Positions 1 through 11,815 of a stretch of DNA of 34,175 bases are shown one piece after another. A program made the position numbers and the translations under genes. The notes under the pieces are model-generated. The model had not been told where the DNA came from. It worked only from the letters and a program-made list of their open reading frames with translations, and searched no databases. The DNA is from Octopus bimaculoides (Eukaryota): assembly GCF_001194135.2 (NCBI RefSeq), contig NC_068984.1, forward strand, positions 109,173,890 through 109,208,064, in the 5' to 3' direction. Every line of letters starts with the position of its first letter. Position 1 is the first letter of the stretch.

Positions 1-51
<51 letters not shown>

Positions 52-75
52 CGTGTGTGTGTGTGTGTGTGTGTG
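1..75. repeat. (GT)n microsatellite
   Basis: Near-perfect GT dinucleotide run at the window start; it explains the VCVCVC ORF. Confidence 0.98.
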
Positions 76-802
76 GATATGTTTGTGAGTCTGTGTTTGT
101 CGCCCAACCATCGCTTGATAACTGATATTGGTGTGTTTACGTCCCCGTCATTAGCGTGTGACAATCACCAGCTAGGGATGAGAACTGATTCCAAACGTAA
201 AATACTGTATGTTTTTTCCCAGTGTATTGCTTATTTCTCCTTTTTCGAGATCAGCGACGGAAAAAACATATAGTATTATGCGTTTGGAATCAAATCTCAT
301 CCCTAGCTAGTCAGAAAAATAGAAAAGAAACTCAATGTCTATGGACCATTGTTAAGGAGTTTGATAAATCCAGAACACAAGATACACTTTCAACTTTAAA
401 CCTGTTAGTATTAGAGCAACATGATACGTGTCAACACGCCTGCAAAAAAAGAAATGGGTGAGCTTGGGCTTTTGATGAGAGAATACAGCTTCTTAATTCA
501 TAAGCTACAAACGATCACGAAATCTAGGACAATATAAAAAAACATTGAACAAAACCTTAAGATTTAAGGGTGATGAACAAAACAAGATGCTTTCCTTCAC
601 AACCTTGAAGCCAAGCAGGTGGCCTGCCAAAATTAACTGTAAATCTAAAAGAGAAATAGAATATATATNNNNNNNNNNNNNNNNNNNNNNNNNNNNNNNN
701 NNNNNNNNNNNNNNNNNNNNNNNNNNNNNNNNNNNNNNNNNNNNNNNNNNNNNNTATATATATATACACATACATACGTTCATACATATATATGTATACA
801 TT

Positions 803-837
<35 letters not shown>

Positions 838-934
838 CATTTTTCTAACGTCCTGTACCCTGATATGCATCTATATACACATGTAGATGTAAGTATGTAC
901 ATATATGTGGGTATACATGCATACATATTCTTTG

Positions 935-971
<37 letters not shown>

Positions 972-1552
972 CACTTATTTCCTGTTTTCTGTCACATGGA
1001 GGTTATATTTTTCATGCACACACACACAACATACTTATCCAGATTTCTCTACACTCTTCCGCTTAACACTTTCTTCCTTCTTTATTTGATTCATCTCACA
1101 CAGACGTGAATTCGGTTTCCTATTATTTCTCCTCCCAGTTTGATTTTTGTTGTCGTTGTTGTTGTTTTGTTTGAGAGAGGGAAAGTGGATAACACAGTTC
1201 TAACTGAGTATCAAGTTTTCCTCTAACATTTTTAATAGCTGCAGAAACATCTGTTTTGTCGCTTTAGTTATTTAGTGTACAACTACTTAACAGCTATTTG
1301 TTGAATGTGTACCTGTCATACACGTGACAGGAGTGAGTAATTAATATGTTTGTGTATCATTTAACGCTTTGTAAATGTGAAAAGAAAGAGGGGGAGAGTG
1401 AGAGAGACAGGGAGAGAGAGAAATTGAAAGAGAGAGAGAAACAGAAAGAGCGATAATGACCTTGTGTGTGTATGTATGTGTTTAAATGTGTATATGTATT
1501 ATATACATATATATATATAATATATAATACAATATAATATATAAAATACATA

Positions 1553-1593
<41 letters not shown>

Positions 1594-2090
1594 NNNNNNN
1601 NNNTATATATATATATACATACACACATACACACATATATATACATACACACATACACACATATATGTATGAGTGTACATTTGTGCATATGTATGAAGCA
1701 AATATATTTACATATATGCATACACACGCATGTATGTGCTGGTGGGTGTGTGTATTTCGTACATGCTTCTGGACTTAATCCAACGTAAGGAAACCTCTTT
1801 CTATCATACTATGTACATTATGTTGCATACGCGTTCACGTTCCAACACACAGAGAGACGAACACACACACATACGCATACATATGTAAAAATACCCTTTG
1901 CATACTCACAGAGACATAATTGTTTACGAATAAGCACTCCTGTGTATTGAACCTCTTTAGTTTTAATACGTATTATTGAAATTTCATATATTTTTTCGTT
2001 AGAAATACTGTTTTCTCCTCGTATACATATACATATACAGTCACTTGTGTGTATAGGTCTGTACGTGTATGTACACGAGTTTTTGTAGTG

Positions 2091-2091
<1 letters not shown>

Positions 2092-2184
<93 letters not shown>

Positions 2185-2201
2185 ATCTACCTATCTATCT
2201 A
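2092..2201. repeat. Compound (ATCT)n/(GTCT)n microsatellite
   Basis: Tetranucleotide runs read directly, immediately upstream of a SINE. Confidence 0.95.
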
Positions 2202-2204
2202 TTT

Positions 2205-2421
2205 AAGTCGGCGAGCCGGTAGAAACGTTAGGACGCCGGGCGAAATGCTCAGCGGTATTTCGTCTGTCTTCACGTTCAGAGTTCAAATTCCGCCGAGGTC
2301 GACTTTGCCTTTCATCCTTTCGGGGTCGATAAATTAAGTACCAGTAGCGTACTGGGGTCGAACTAATCGACTGGCGCCCTCCCCCAAAATTTCCGGCCTT
2401 GTGCCTAGAGTAGAGAAGAAT
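2205..2421 (+). mobile_element. tRNA-derived SINE, family A, near full length
   Basis: Head GGCGAGCCGGTAGAAACGTTAG, B-box-like GAGTTCAAATTCC, body GAGGTCGACTTTGCCTTTCATCCTTTCGGGGTCGAT and tail GGCCTTGTGCC. The same sequence recurs at 5.6-7.0 kb (minus) and 30.7 kb. Confidence 0.9.
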
Positions 2422-2424
2422 ATA

Positions 2425-2455
<31 letters not shown>

Positions 2456-3500
2456 GCTACGAGTATGTGTATTTGTATGTGTGCGTTTGCAACACCGTAC
2501 AAATAAAATGGAGTATTTGTCAAAATAATTTTCGCCATAAACCCACATCTTCATTTACGTTGTTATGAAATCATTTATTGCTTTCAAATTTGATTTGGAG
2601 CATAACTTATCTTTCTTTGTAAGCAGAACTTCCATATCATTGTTTTTTTTTTGTTTTTTTTTTTATTTCGCCGGATTATCTGGAAGATTTTATTATTTTG
2701 AACTCGCACTGATAGGAAGTTATTTTACTGATATATGATTTAATATCTGCAATTCTTCCTAAATTTACTTCATATAAACATTCATTGATTCGAAAATGTT
2801 TTGAAAGTAGGTTGATTTTAATACGAGCGACTTGTCTTGGATATATTAAAACCCGAAATTTTATGATCATAAATTCTTTGTAATGACAAATTTAGCAAAA
2901 GGAGTCGGTTTATTTTCGTATTAATATACCGAGTAAATTACTGCTGTTGCTGTTATTGTTATTGTTGTTGCTGTTTAAATTAAACATTTCGTTACCATGT
3001 CTCTGTTGAAATGCACTACTTTTATTTCAATTAATTTAGAACATTATAGGGAATTTAGTAAAATGACTTATATTATTACAAACACCAGCTAAGTAATATT
3101 TAGATGGTGTTTGTACTAACATAAATTAATATGAAATTTTGTTGGAAGCAATTTTTAAAAATTTAGATTATTTTAAAACTAGAATCCAGTGGCGGGCTCA
3201 GGCAGATTGGTATAAAAATATTCAGATAATTTTTGATTGACAAGATTAACGATTAAAGCTCTTTTAACTGTTATAATAACAGAAAGATATATTTTCAACG
3301 CGTAAATACTAAACAGTATATATATAGGAAAAATCCTTTTAAGAGCAGAAAAAAATTGTCGGCAACCAGCCATGAGGATCGAACTTACACGCCTCTAATA
3401 TCCGGTTAAAGTGCTCTACCTTTAAGCTAAGCTGCCGGCCAACAAATTCTTCTGCAATTTTAGAAGTTATAAAGTCATCCAGAAACGCTAGATGTTATAT

Positions 3501-3545
3501 AGACTACGTCTATACCGACTACGTCTATACAGACTACGTCTGTAC
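3501..3545. repeat. 3 x 15-bp tandem repeat (AGACTACGTCTATAC)
   Basis: Units at 3501-3515, 3516-3530 and 3531-3545, with one substitution each in units 2 and 3. Confidence 0.95.
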
Positions 3546-3562
3546 TGTAAAAGAATTTGTTG

Positions 3563-3638
3563 GTCAGCAGTTTAGCTTAAAGGTAGAGCACTCCAACCGA
3601 ATATTAGAGGGGTGTGAGTTCGCTCCTCATGGCTGGTT
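3563..3638 (+). other. tRNA-like cloverleaf inside the right arm (repeat-derived, not a functional tRNA)
   Basis: A-box/D-arm TAGCTTAAAGGTAGAGC, anticodon-like stem CTCCAA..TTAGAG and T-arm GTGAG-TTCGCTC-CTCAT. The mirror copy at about 3367-3439(-) has loop TTCGATC. The anticodon loop starts CC rather than YU. Confidence 0.7.
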
Positions 3639-3673
3639 GCCGACAAATTTTTCTGTTCTTAAAAGGATTTTTC

Positions 3674-3708
<35 letters not shown>

Positions 3709-4027
3709 CTGTTCAGTATTTACGCTTTGAAAATATATCTTTCCACTTTTTCTACAATACATTTCAACGCTTCAAAAACAAACTTATGTTTGTTTATATA
3801 TGACGTTATAATAATATTTTGCTTTTCAGGAATAGTCTATGCATGGTTGCTATTTGCTTAATTGTAGCTCCACAGGCGCATGTGACTTGGTAGATTGCAC
3901 CACAAATATTTCCACAAGTATTTCCAGAACCTGTGTAGTCGCAAGTAGACATTCACACCATCACAGTACCCCAGACTTGGAGCATTATATTAAGGTTATG
4001 ACAGCTAAAACGAAAGAAGGAAAGAGA

Positions 4028-4071
<44 letters not shown>

Positions 4072-4082
4072 TTATTTTGTAT

Positions 4083-5037
4083 AAAAATACAGTTACCGTG
4101 AATTTCATCCTGGAAGATGCAGTTTTTTTTTTGCAAAATTACAGTATTTTGTGTCGTAAAAGCCGCACATGGGTATTAGACCCCACTTTCAGCAGCGAAT
4201 ATTTATGAAAAAAATTTCTTAATGCATTGAAGCATGTAATATTGGCCTGACTTCGCGCGTTGGAGATAAAACCTTTTTAGATCTTCTGGGGTAAAAAAAA
4301 GTTCAGTTTATATGCCATCAAATATGATACCTTGAAAGTTACCAAGACTCTTCCACAATACTAGCTGAGAATCAACAGTTAAAGAGAAGAGTAGCAAACC
4401 ATCAGGTAAATGATCATTGTTTATTGATTTCGCTTATAGACAGGTATGACCACTCCTCAGACTTACCCATAAATTTTGATTGTTAACAGGTATTTAGTGA
4501 TTGAGAGTTAGGCTCTGCCTGGTCGTTTTGACGAGGCTTCAGTGACTATACCAAACTTTACTCCAAGAATCACATTTCCAAAATCAAGATGCATCTTCCA
4601 CAATGCAGCATCTAGCAAGCCACAAAATACGGTAATCAATCACTTGTAATGAAATCCTTCGATAAGAAAGTGATAATTAATTTCTTCCTGTCAAGAAATA
4701 GTTTTATAAACATTGAAATGAAAACTGCTTTTCCTGACGAATCAATATTGTCTCTTTTTGGCTACTGACCCATTTAATTTCCATTACTTCGAAATTAATA
4801 ATTAAACATGTATAAGTAAAGCCATGTGTAACATTATATAGTAGATTATCCTGAGTCTACAAGTATTTATAGTTTTCACTGATATTTACTGTGTGATGAA
4901 AAGAAATGCAAACTGGACTGAAAGAAAGAAAACTCTGTAATATTTGATGTACATGTTAGTTTAGACTGTTAAAGTAACTAACAAAATACTGTAAATTTGT
5001 AGATTTAGGGTTCAAACTGCATTGATACTGTTTTAAT
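4083..5037. mobile_element. Possible decayed DNA transposon with imperfect terminal inverted repeats
   Basis: Left end: GATGCAGTTT..GCAAAATTACAGTATTTT (4116-4150). Right end, reverse complement: AATGCAGTTT..ACAAATTTACAGTATTTT (4983-5023). The interior has only stop-interrupted frames. Confidence 0.4.
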
Positions 5038-5652
5038 CCATCATCCTTAAGAGGTAGACACACTAAAGTCAGAATTATTTCCCTTCTCAAATGAAGCTGG
5101 TCTTAATTGTGTGTTGGTAATTATGACACATCTTTCAAGGCGAAGACTGATTTTAATGAATCCAAAATTTATATTGTAGGCTATTTGATAGACTTGTATT
5201 TGTCTATGTTGTTCGTTCACATACCACTGGCCATTAACCTAGGAGGTGGCGGTGGTAAATGGAACTGAATTTTTTTCATATTACCTATTACTTAACGCAT
5301 GTGCATAAGTGCAATTCCGTGAAATATTGATGCTTATTCACGTGGCAGGCATGAGCAATTTAACTAAAGGTTGTATCATATGTACGGGATATATTTTTTG
5401 TTTATGAGTGCTGTGTATCAAGTCTTTACAATTGTGCATAAAGTAAATAAAATGTATATATAAAGTGCATTAAGTAATCATCGCATTCCAATTTCTTTCA
5501 CTTTTCAATGAAAAGCAGATGGGCGACTATCTTTCCATACAGACACAACACCGGCTACGCTTTCAGGTTTTTTGGGTAAAGTTTTCAGAAATAACCCAAT
5601 GAGATTACCATTAATTCCATGAAATATTCACGGGCACCGCCAGTAATAATAA

Positions 5653-5786
5653 TCTTTTCTACTAAAGGTACAAGGCCTGAAATCTAGTGGAGGGAGATAG
5701 TCGATTACATCGACTCACTGTTTCCCCGGTATTTAATTTATCGATCCCTAAAAGGATGAAGGGCAAAGTCGACCTCAGCTGAATTT
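5653..5786 (-). mobile_element. Family A SINE, 5'-truncated
   Basis: Reverse complement of the family A body and tail (GGCAAAGTCGACCTC, AAGGCCTGAAAT); head absent. Confidence 0.8.
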
Positions 5787-5803
5787 TTCAATAATAATAA
5801 TAA

Positions 5804-5975
5804 TCTTTTCTTTTGTAGGTAGAGAGTCTAAATTTTTGTAGGTAATCGATTTCATTGCTTGATTGACACTGAAAAAGTTGAAAGTCGACCTCAGCGGAGT
5901 TTGAACTCAAAACGTAAAAGCCGAGGAAAAATGAAACCAAACATTTTATCCGGTGTGTTAACGATTCCGCCAACT
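5804..5975 (-). mobile_element. Family A SINE, diverged
   Basis: AAAGTCGACCTCAGCGGAGTTTGAACTC and GTGTTAACGATTCCGCCAACT match the reverse complement of the family A head. Confidence 0.75.
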
Positions 5976-5998
5976 GACAGTATAAGTGATATTTTTAA

Positions 5999-6150
5999 TC
6001 TTTCTCTTATAGGCATAAAGCCTGAAATTTTGTGGGGAGGAACTAATTGATTACATCGATCTCGCTGCACAAATGCTATTCTATTTTATTGATACAAAAA
6101 GAATAAAAGGCGAAGTCGACCTCGGTGCAATTTGAACTTAGAACGTATAG
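5999..6150 (-). mobile_element. Family A SINE, partial
   Basis: GGCATAAAGCCTGAAATTTT and GGCGAAGTCGACCTCGG..TTTGAACTTAGAACG. Confidence 0.75.
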
Positions 6151-6185
6151 CCACCTAGCCGCTTTAACAACAACAATAATAATGA

Positions 6186-6397
6186 TCTCAAATTTTGGCA
6201 CAAGGCCAGAAATTTCGGGACAGGAGGTGAGTCGATTACATCAACCCCGGTGCTCAACTGGAACTTATTTCATCGACCCCGAAAGAATGGAAGGCAAAGT
6301 CGACTTCGGCGGAATTTGAACTCAGAACGTAAAGACGGCCGAAATGCCGCTAAGAATTTTGCCCGGCGTGCTATCGATTCCGTCAGCTCGCCACCTT
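6186..6397 (-). mobile_element. Family A SINE, full length
   Basis: Complete reverse complement of the 2205-2421 type, ending CAGCTCGCCACCTT. Confidence 0.9.
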
Positions 6398-6450
<53 letters not shown>

Positions 6451-6452
6451 TG

Positions 6453-6513
<61 letters not shown>
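6398..6513. repeat. (AAT)n microsatellite
   Basis: Read directly; it gives the poly-N ORF 6344..6526. Confidence 0.97.
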
Positions 6514-6514
<1 letters not shown>

Positions 6515-6727
6515 CCTTTCTACTAAAGGTACAAAGCCTTAAACTTGTGGGGAGGGGACTGGTCGAATACATCGACCTCAGTGCTTCAAAGTACTTAATC
6601 TAACGACTCCAAAGGGATGAAAGGTAAAGTCGACCTCGGCAGAATTTGGATCCGGAACTTAGCAACGGGCGAAGTAACACTTAGCATTTTTCTCGGCGTG
6701 CTAACGATTCTACCAGCTCACCACCTT
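6514..6727 (-). mobile_element. Family A SINE, full length
   Basis: TCCTTTCTACTAAAGGTACAAAGCC..AAAGTCGACCTCGGCAGAATTT..CAGCTCACCACCTT. Confidence 0.9.
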
Positions 6728-6774
6728 AATAATAGTTATACTACTATTACTACTACTACTACTACTACTACTAA

Positions 6775-6960
6775 TCCTTTCTACTAAAGATACAAGGCAT
6801 GAAACTTTTGGGGAGAGAAAAAGCCAATTACATCGATCCCAGTGTTTCACTGGTACTTAATTTATCGAAAAGATGAAAGGCAAAGTCGACCTCGGCGGAA
6901 TTTGAACTCAGAACGTAGCGTCGGGCGAAATACCGCCAGGCATTTCGTCCAGCGTGCTAA
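6775..6960 (-). mobile_element. Family A SINE, slightly 5'-truncated
   Basis: GGCAAAGTCGACCTCGGCGGAATTTGAACTCAGAACG..CGTGCTAA. Confidence 0.88.
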
Positions 6961-7186
6961 TAAATAACACATCAATAATGTTTACTTAGCAACGTCAATT
7001 CAGTTACTACCGTACACATTTCTAGCATTGTACCAAATTAAGAAATCTTTATAATCTAAAGACAACACGGTTTCCTCACAGCATATCTGTATTCTTAAAC
7101 CGTATCACAGTTACGGATAAAATGCAAGTAAATGTACATTCATTACTTATGAATTCACATTCTTTAGGCTGTACCAATATCTTATT

Positions 7187-7312
7187 TCAAATCTCCGCCC
7201 ACCTTTTGACGCGTTGTTCACGTTTAAAAGTCTGACGAAAGCAGCTTCTAAAATATTTCGAAGCTAATGATAATATACAAACATTATAAAACAGTGTATT
7301 GTATATCTGTAG
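7187..7312 (-). CDS. Weak candidate terminal coding exon, product unknown
   Basis: Pyrimidine-rich TTTGCTTTGCAG acceptor in phase 0, then (LQ)IYNTLFYNVCILSLASKYFRSCFRQTFKREQRVKRWAEI and a stop. The hydrophobic-then-basic pattern resembles a last TM helix plus cytoplasmic tail; no homologue recognised. Confidence 0.3.
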   Translation of the reverse strand, partial: LQIYNTLFYNVCILSLASKYFRSCFRQTFKREQRVKRWAEI

Positions 7313-7509
7313 CTGCAAAGCAAAGCATAAAACTCCAACGAATGTGAAGACAAAATCGTTACAGAATTTCCTTTCGTGATTAGTCATTTCACTTATCTTA
7401 CATCATGAAATTCTTTTGGAAAAGGCATAAATATCATTGCAATTTCATTCGAGTTCCTTTAAAATACCGATTTGTTTTTTAGGTAATAAAAACCAGGTAT
7501 CGATAGACA

Positions 7510-7675
7510 TGACTACCGTGGTAAGAAGTTTGCTTCCCAATCGCATGTTTCTGGATTCAGTCCGTCTCCTCTACGGTGTGTTTAAGTCCCCGTAGAAAGA
7601 GCGATAGAATAAGTACTGGGATAAATTTGTTCCACTAAAATTCTTCAAGGTGGTGTTCCAATTTGACCATCTCTC
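7510..7675 (+). mobile_element. Family B SINE, degenerate and internally deleted
   Basis: GTGGTAAGAAGTTTGCTTCCCAA..GGATTCAGTCC head fused to tail motif CGATAGAATAAGTACT. Confidence 0.6.
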
Positions 7676-8072
7676 CCCAGACACAACAGAATATGCTTCA
7701 TATGTATGTGTGTGTATATATATANNNNNNNNNNNNNNNNNNNNNNNNNNNNNNNNNNNNNNNNNNNNNNNNNNNNNNNNNNNNNNNNNNNNNNNNNNNN
7801 NNNNNNNNNNNNNNNNNNNNNNNNNNNNNNNNNNNNNNNNNNNNNNNNNNNNNNNNNNNNNNNNNNNNNNNNNNNNNNNNNNNNNNNNNNNNNNNNNNNN
7901 NNNNNNNNNNNNNNNNNNNNNNNNNNNNNNNNNNNNNNNNNNNNNNNNNNNNNNNNNNNNNNNNNNNNNNNNNNNNNNNNNNNNNNNNNNNNNNNNNNNN
8001 NNNNNNNNNNNNNNNNNNNNNNNNNNNNNTATATATATATATATATATATATATATTTCCACTTACCCGTTA

Positions 8073-8360
8073 AGTGAAAGCACATGGCTCAGTGGTTTGA
8101 GCGTCAAGCCCGGACCGGGCTACTTGTTGTGTTCTTGAGCAAGACACTTTATTTCACGTTGCTCCAATTAACTCAGCTGTAGAAATGAGATGCGACATTA
8201 CTGGTGCCAAGCTGTATACGCCTTTGCTTCTTCCTTGGATAACATCAGTGGTGTGGAGAGGGGAGGCTACTATGCATAGGCGACTGCTGTCTTCCGTAAA
8301 CAACCTTGCCCGCAGCGTAACTTTCTAGGTGTAATCCCATGGTCATTCATGACCGAAGAG
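8073..8360 (+). mobile_element. Family C tRNA-SINE with CORE-like body; B-box segment deleted
   Basis: Aligns along its length with 24501-24831 (TGTGTTCTTGAGCAAGACACTTTATTTCA..CCCATGGTCATTCATGACCGA) but lacks the GAGTTTGATTCC part. Confidence 0.88.
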
Positions 8361-8441
8361 TGATTCCACCTCCTCCTCCTCTACCCGTTAATTTCTCGAG
8401 CAGGCTGTTCCGTCGTCATCGTAATCGACGGAGTGCCAGTT

Positions 8442-8479
<38 letters not shown>

Positions 8480-8482
<3 letters not shown>

Positions 8483-8643
8483 CGACGGTTTCCTAACCCT
8501 TTTCATCTACCAAATTCACTCGGAAGACATTGGTCAGTTCCGGGGTATTGCAGACGACAATTGCCCAAGATGTCACGTGGTGGAACTGAACCCGAAACTA
8601 CATGGTTTCTAAACGAGTTTCTTAACCATACAACCATGCCTGC
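8480..8643 (-). mobile_element. Family B SINE, 5' half
   Basis: Shares ACCAAATTCACTC..AAGACATTGGTCA..TGAACCC..CATGGTT with 23918-24085; followed in element orientation by (TG)n. Confidence 0.8.
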
Positions 8644-11164
8644 ATCCAGGAACCAGGCAGAGTTAGACAGACCTCTAAGCAATCTTCGTCGACCCACTTT
8701 TACTCACACCGATCGCTTTGAGTTAAGACCATTGTAGATGATATTGGATAAATAAATGTACCATGGAATTGAGATCTATTCCGCTGTCACGTTATCATAG
8801 GTGGAACTTAAACACACAACCAATTGAAAATAACCTCTCCGTCTCGCCCTTCAGGACTTTATTATTGGTTCAATGATGCCCTTCACATTTCTATAAGTAA
8901 TATATGCTCAACCCCCATGTGGTCTCGCGAAATCTCCTATTAGAGTAATTTTTGTTAAAGTTATTTATAGCAAAAATACTCATTTACCCTGGGATGTGTC
9001 TGTATAGGTTATAAAAGAATGTGATGTCTACTGCAGAAAGAACAGTTAACTATGGATATATAATTCACTACACATTAACTATGAACAAATATGTTAGAAT
9101 TAAACAAAATGACAATGAAATGAGAATCTTAGTTGCGTTGGCAAAACCTCAAAATTCACCAGTCTACGTTGGCAAAAATACATTGAATTAAAATGTTCGT
9201 TTCTCATCATTAATTTTTCTGCACTTAACCCAATTTTGAATACACTACTTACCTTTGTTTTTAAATGTACAATGACCTTTATCAGGTGAGATGGTAGAGA
9301 AGACATTAACCTCTAAATTTCACCCGACTAAACTGAAGGAACAAAAATGTTGAGTGAATGTAGGAATTGGTGCTTCGTTTTAGTTGCCGTAGATGAGCAG
9401 GTGATGAAGTTACATAGACGAAGAGATAAGTTTGCGATAAATCAGTTTTGTGATAGAAGTCTTTCAAAATATTACTTAGTATGGAGTATCAATGTGAAAT
9501 ATAAACAAAAAGATAAATGACAGCAAACGTAAATTAAATAATTTAAAGTATCAGTAACTATGAAAAAGTGGCGGAGACTCAGAAAAAGGCAGATGGTGTA
9601 TAAAATCAAACAAATGTTAAGTGAATATAAGACTGACTACAAGTAATCACGATGCAAACTTCATTGGGTATGATGTAGCTGAATATTCAAAACATGTGAT
9701 CTATTTACCATGTCATTCAGAGAGAGCAAGTGATGTTTGTAATGACAAATGCATTGTTTGCTACTAAAATATAAAAGGAGTACAAATATAAATGGAGTAT
9801 AAAAACTATATAGTAACATAGCGTAAAATTTATTTTATAGCAATTTTTTTTTCATTGAAATATGTTATATTTTATTTTGATTCTCTACACTGCAACTAAG
9901 TTGTTAAATTTCTATTAGAGAATAATTATTATTTTGCTGTCCACATCTTTTATAGATCACATACTTATTTAGCCGGAAGTGTATAAATTTTATGTGGGTG
10001 GTCTAAGCGAGTAAATATGAGAGACGTGTGCAAAATGGTGTCATCAACATATCTGTGCGATATAGTACATACTGACAGTGCAAACGGTCGCCCTGAGAAA
10101 AAATGGCGTATAACAAACATTAAACTTGCAGACATTCATAATATAAATCTGAATTTAAGAATATCGTATTTAGGTCTTCAAACAGATTTTAAATGACATA
10201 TTCACATTTACGAAACATTATTTAAAAATTTAAAGAAATCAACAATAAAAGGAGAGAAAAACAAATCAAAGCATAAAACGAACGCAAATAAGACCAAGAA
10301 CTCGATATAATGTTTTTGAAGGGAGAAAAAAGAAAATGCTTTATTTCTAGTTTACTCTTGGATTTGCTTTTCCTTGCTTTCTTTCAACCGTCTTTAAGTT
10401 GATTGGCTTAATATTTCAGCCAATTCCATATCGTGATATTGTATTCTTTCTCATTTATTAAATCACAGCAATGTGGAGAGAGTCTACCACTATAACCCGA
10501 GGCGCATTAACAGTTGTTCTAATCGAATTAATAATCATATTTTTCTATAGACTGTACTCAACAAATGCATTATTATAGAAGAGCCATGTAGACATTTCTT
10601 TGAACTTATTGTTTTGCTGTCTGTTACTAAAATTGTAGCTAATTTCATTATAATTTTAGGTCAGAATTCTTTGAGAAAATCTATTTTTGCAATCGAGTTC
10701 AAAAGACGATTTTCACTTTGGCTTCAACCAGTTTAATATCGGGTGATTTGACGACAACTGCAGCGGTTAGGTGGTTGTCGAAATGGCAGCGGTAACGGAC
10801 TTTCCTGATGATGTTGTTCGTGGCTTAGTAGTAGTAAAAGTAGTTGTAGTATATGTGGTGGTGGTGGTGGTGTTACAAGATGGCGGTGCAGTTTGTGTGG
10901 AAGTGGTCAATACTTTGGAAAAGAAAATCAGTCGAGTTAGTTACATGATGCATGGAGAAATGAAACTTGTTGCGAGAAATATAAATAGTACGAAGTTCTG
11001 GAACTGTAATCAATTCACAGTTACACATATTTTCATTCACTCTGTCTTTATCTAAGCGGCCATACGTAGTTGTATGTATGGACGTATGCGCGTGTATGAA
11101 TGTACGCATGTAGGTATTTATATATGTATTGTTGAGTGCGTGTTCTTGTATGTATGCATGGATG

Positions 11165-11234
11165 CACGTATGTATGTATGTATGTATGTATGTATGTATG
11201 TATGTATGCATGTATGTATGTATGCATCTATCTG

Positions 11235-11287
<53 letters not shown>
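11165..11287. repeat. Compound (ATGT)n/(ATCT)n microsatellite
   Basis: Read directly. Confidence 0.95.
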
Positions 11288-11290
<3 letters not shown>

Positions 11291-11421
11291 CAAACATTCT
11301 GCAATTGCACAGAGATGCATATTGAATAGCAAATAATGATGATGATGATGATGATGATAGATATATATATGTATGTGTTTATGTATACGTATATATGTAT
11401 GTATATATGTATACACACACA

Positions 11422-11469
<48 letters not shown>

Positions 11470-11771
11470 NNNNNNNNNNNNNNNNNNNNNNNNNNNNNNN
11501 NNNNNNNNNNNNNNNNNNNNNNNNNNNNNNNNNNNNNNNNNNNNNNNNNNNNNNNNNNNNNNNNNNNNNNNNNNNNNNNNNNNNNNNNNNNNNNNNNNNN
11601 NNNNNNNNNNNNNNNNNNNNNNNAATGTAAATACGTATGTATTTAATATGACATACTAAATTTCATTTAAATGAATTCGTATCTATAGGTATATATATAT
11701 ATATATATATATATGTATTACGCATGGTTACATCATAAATATCATATATATAAATATGTGTATGTGTGAAA

Positions 11772-11815
<44 letters not shown>

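Larger units (their letters stand above)
3282..3743. mobile_element. Fold-back element with about 170-190 bp inverted arms, each holding a tRNA-like sequence
   Basis: 3282-3451 is the reverse complement of 3551-3743, differing by substitutions and (TA)n length. The mirrored ORFs 3179..3373(-) and 3637..3861(+) share LFSIYALKIYLS. Confidence 0.85.

Noticed and set aside
3501-3545. CRISPR-like short direct repeats
   Set aside because: The repeats abut with no spacers, the context is eukaryotic and there are no cas genes.
10771-11055. Val-rich plus ORF and Thr-rich minus frame, mucin-like
   Set aside because: Built from degenerate GTA/GTG trinucleotide repeats that are common throughout the window; no donor or conserved motif.
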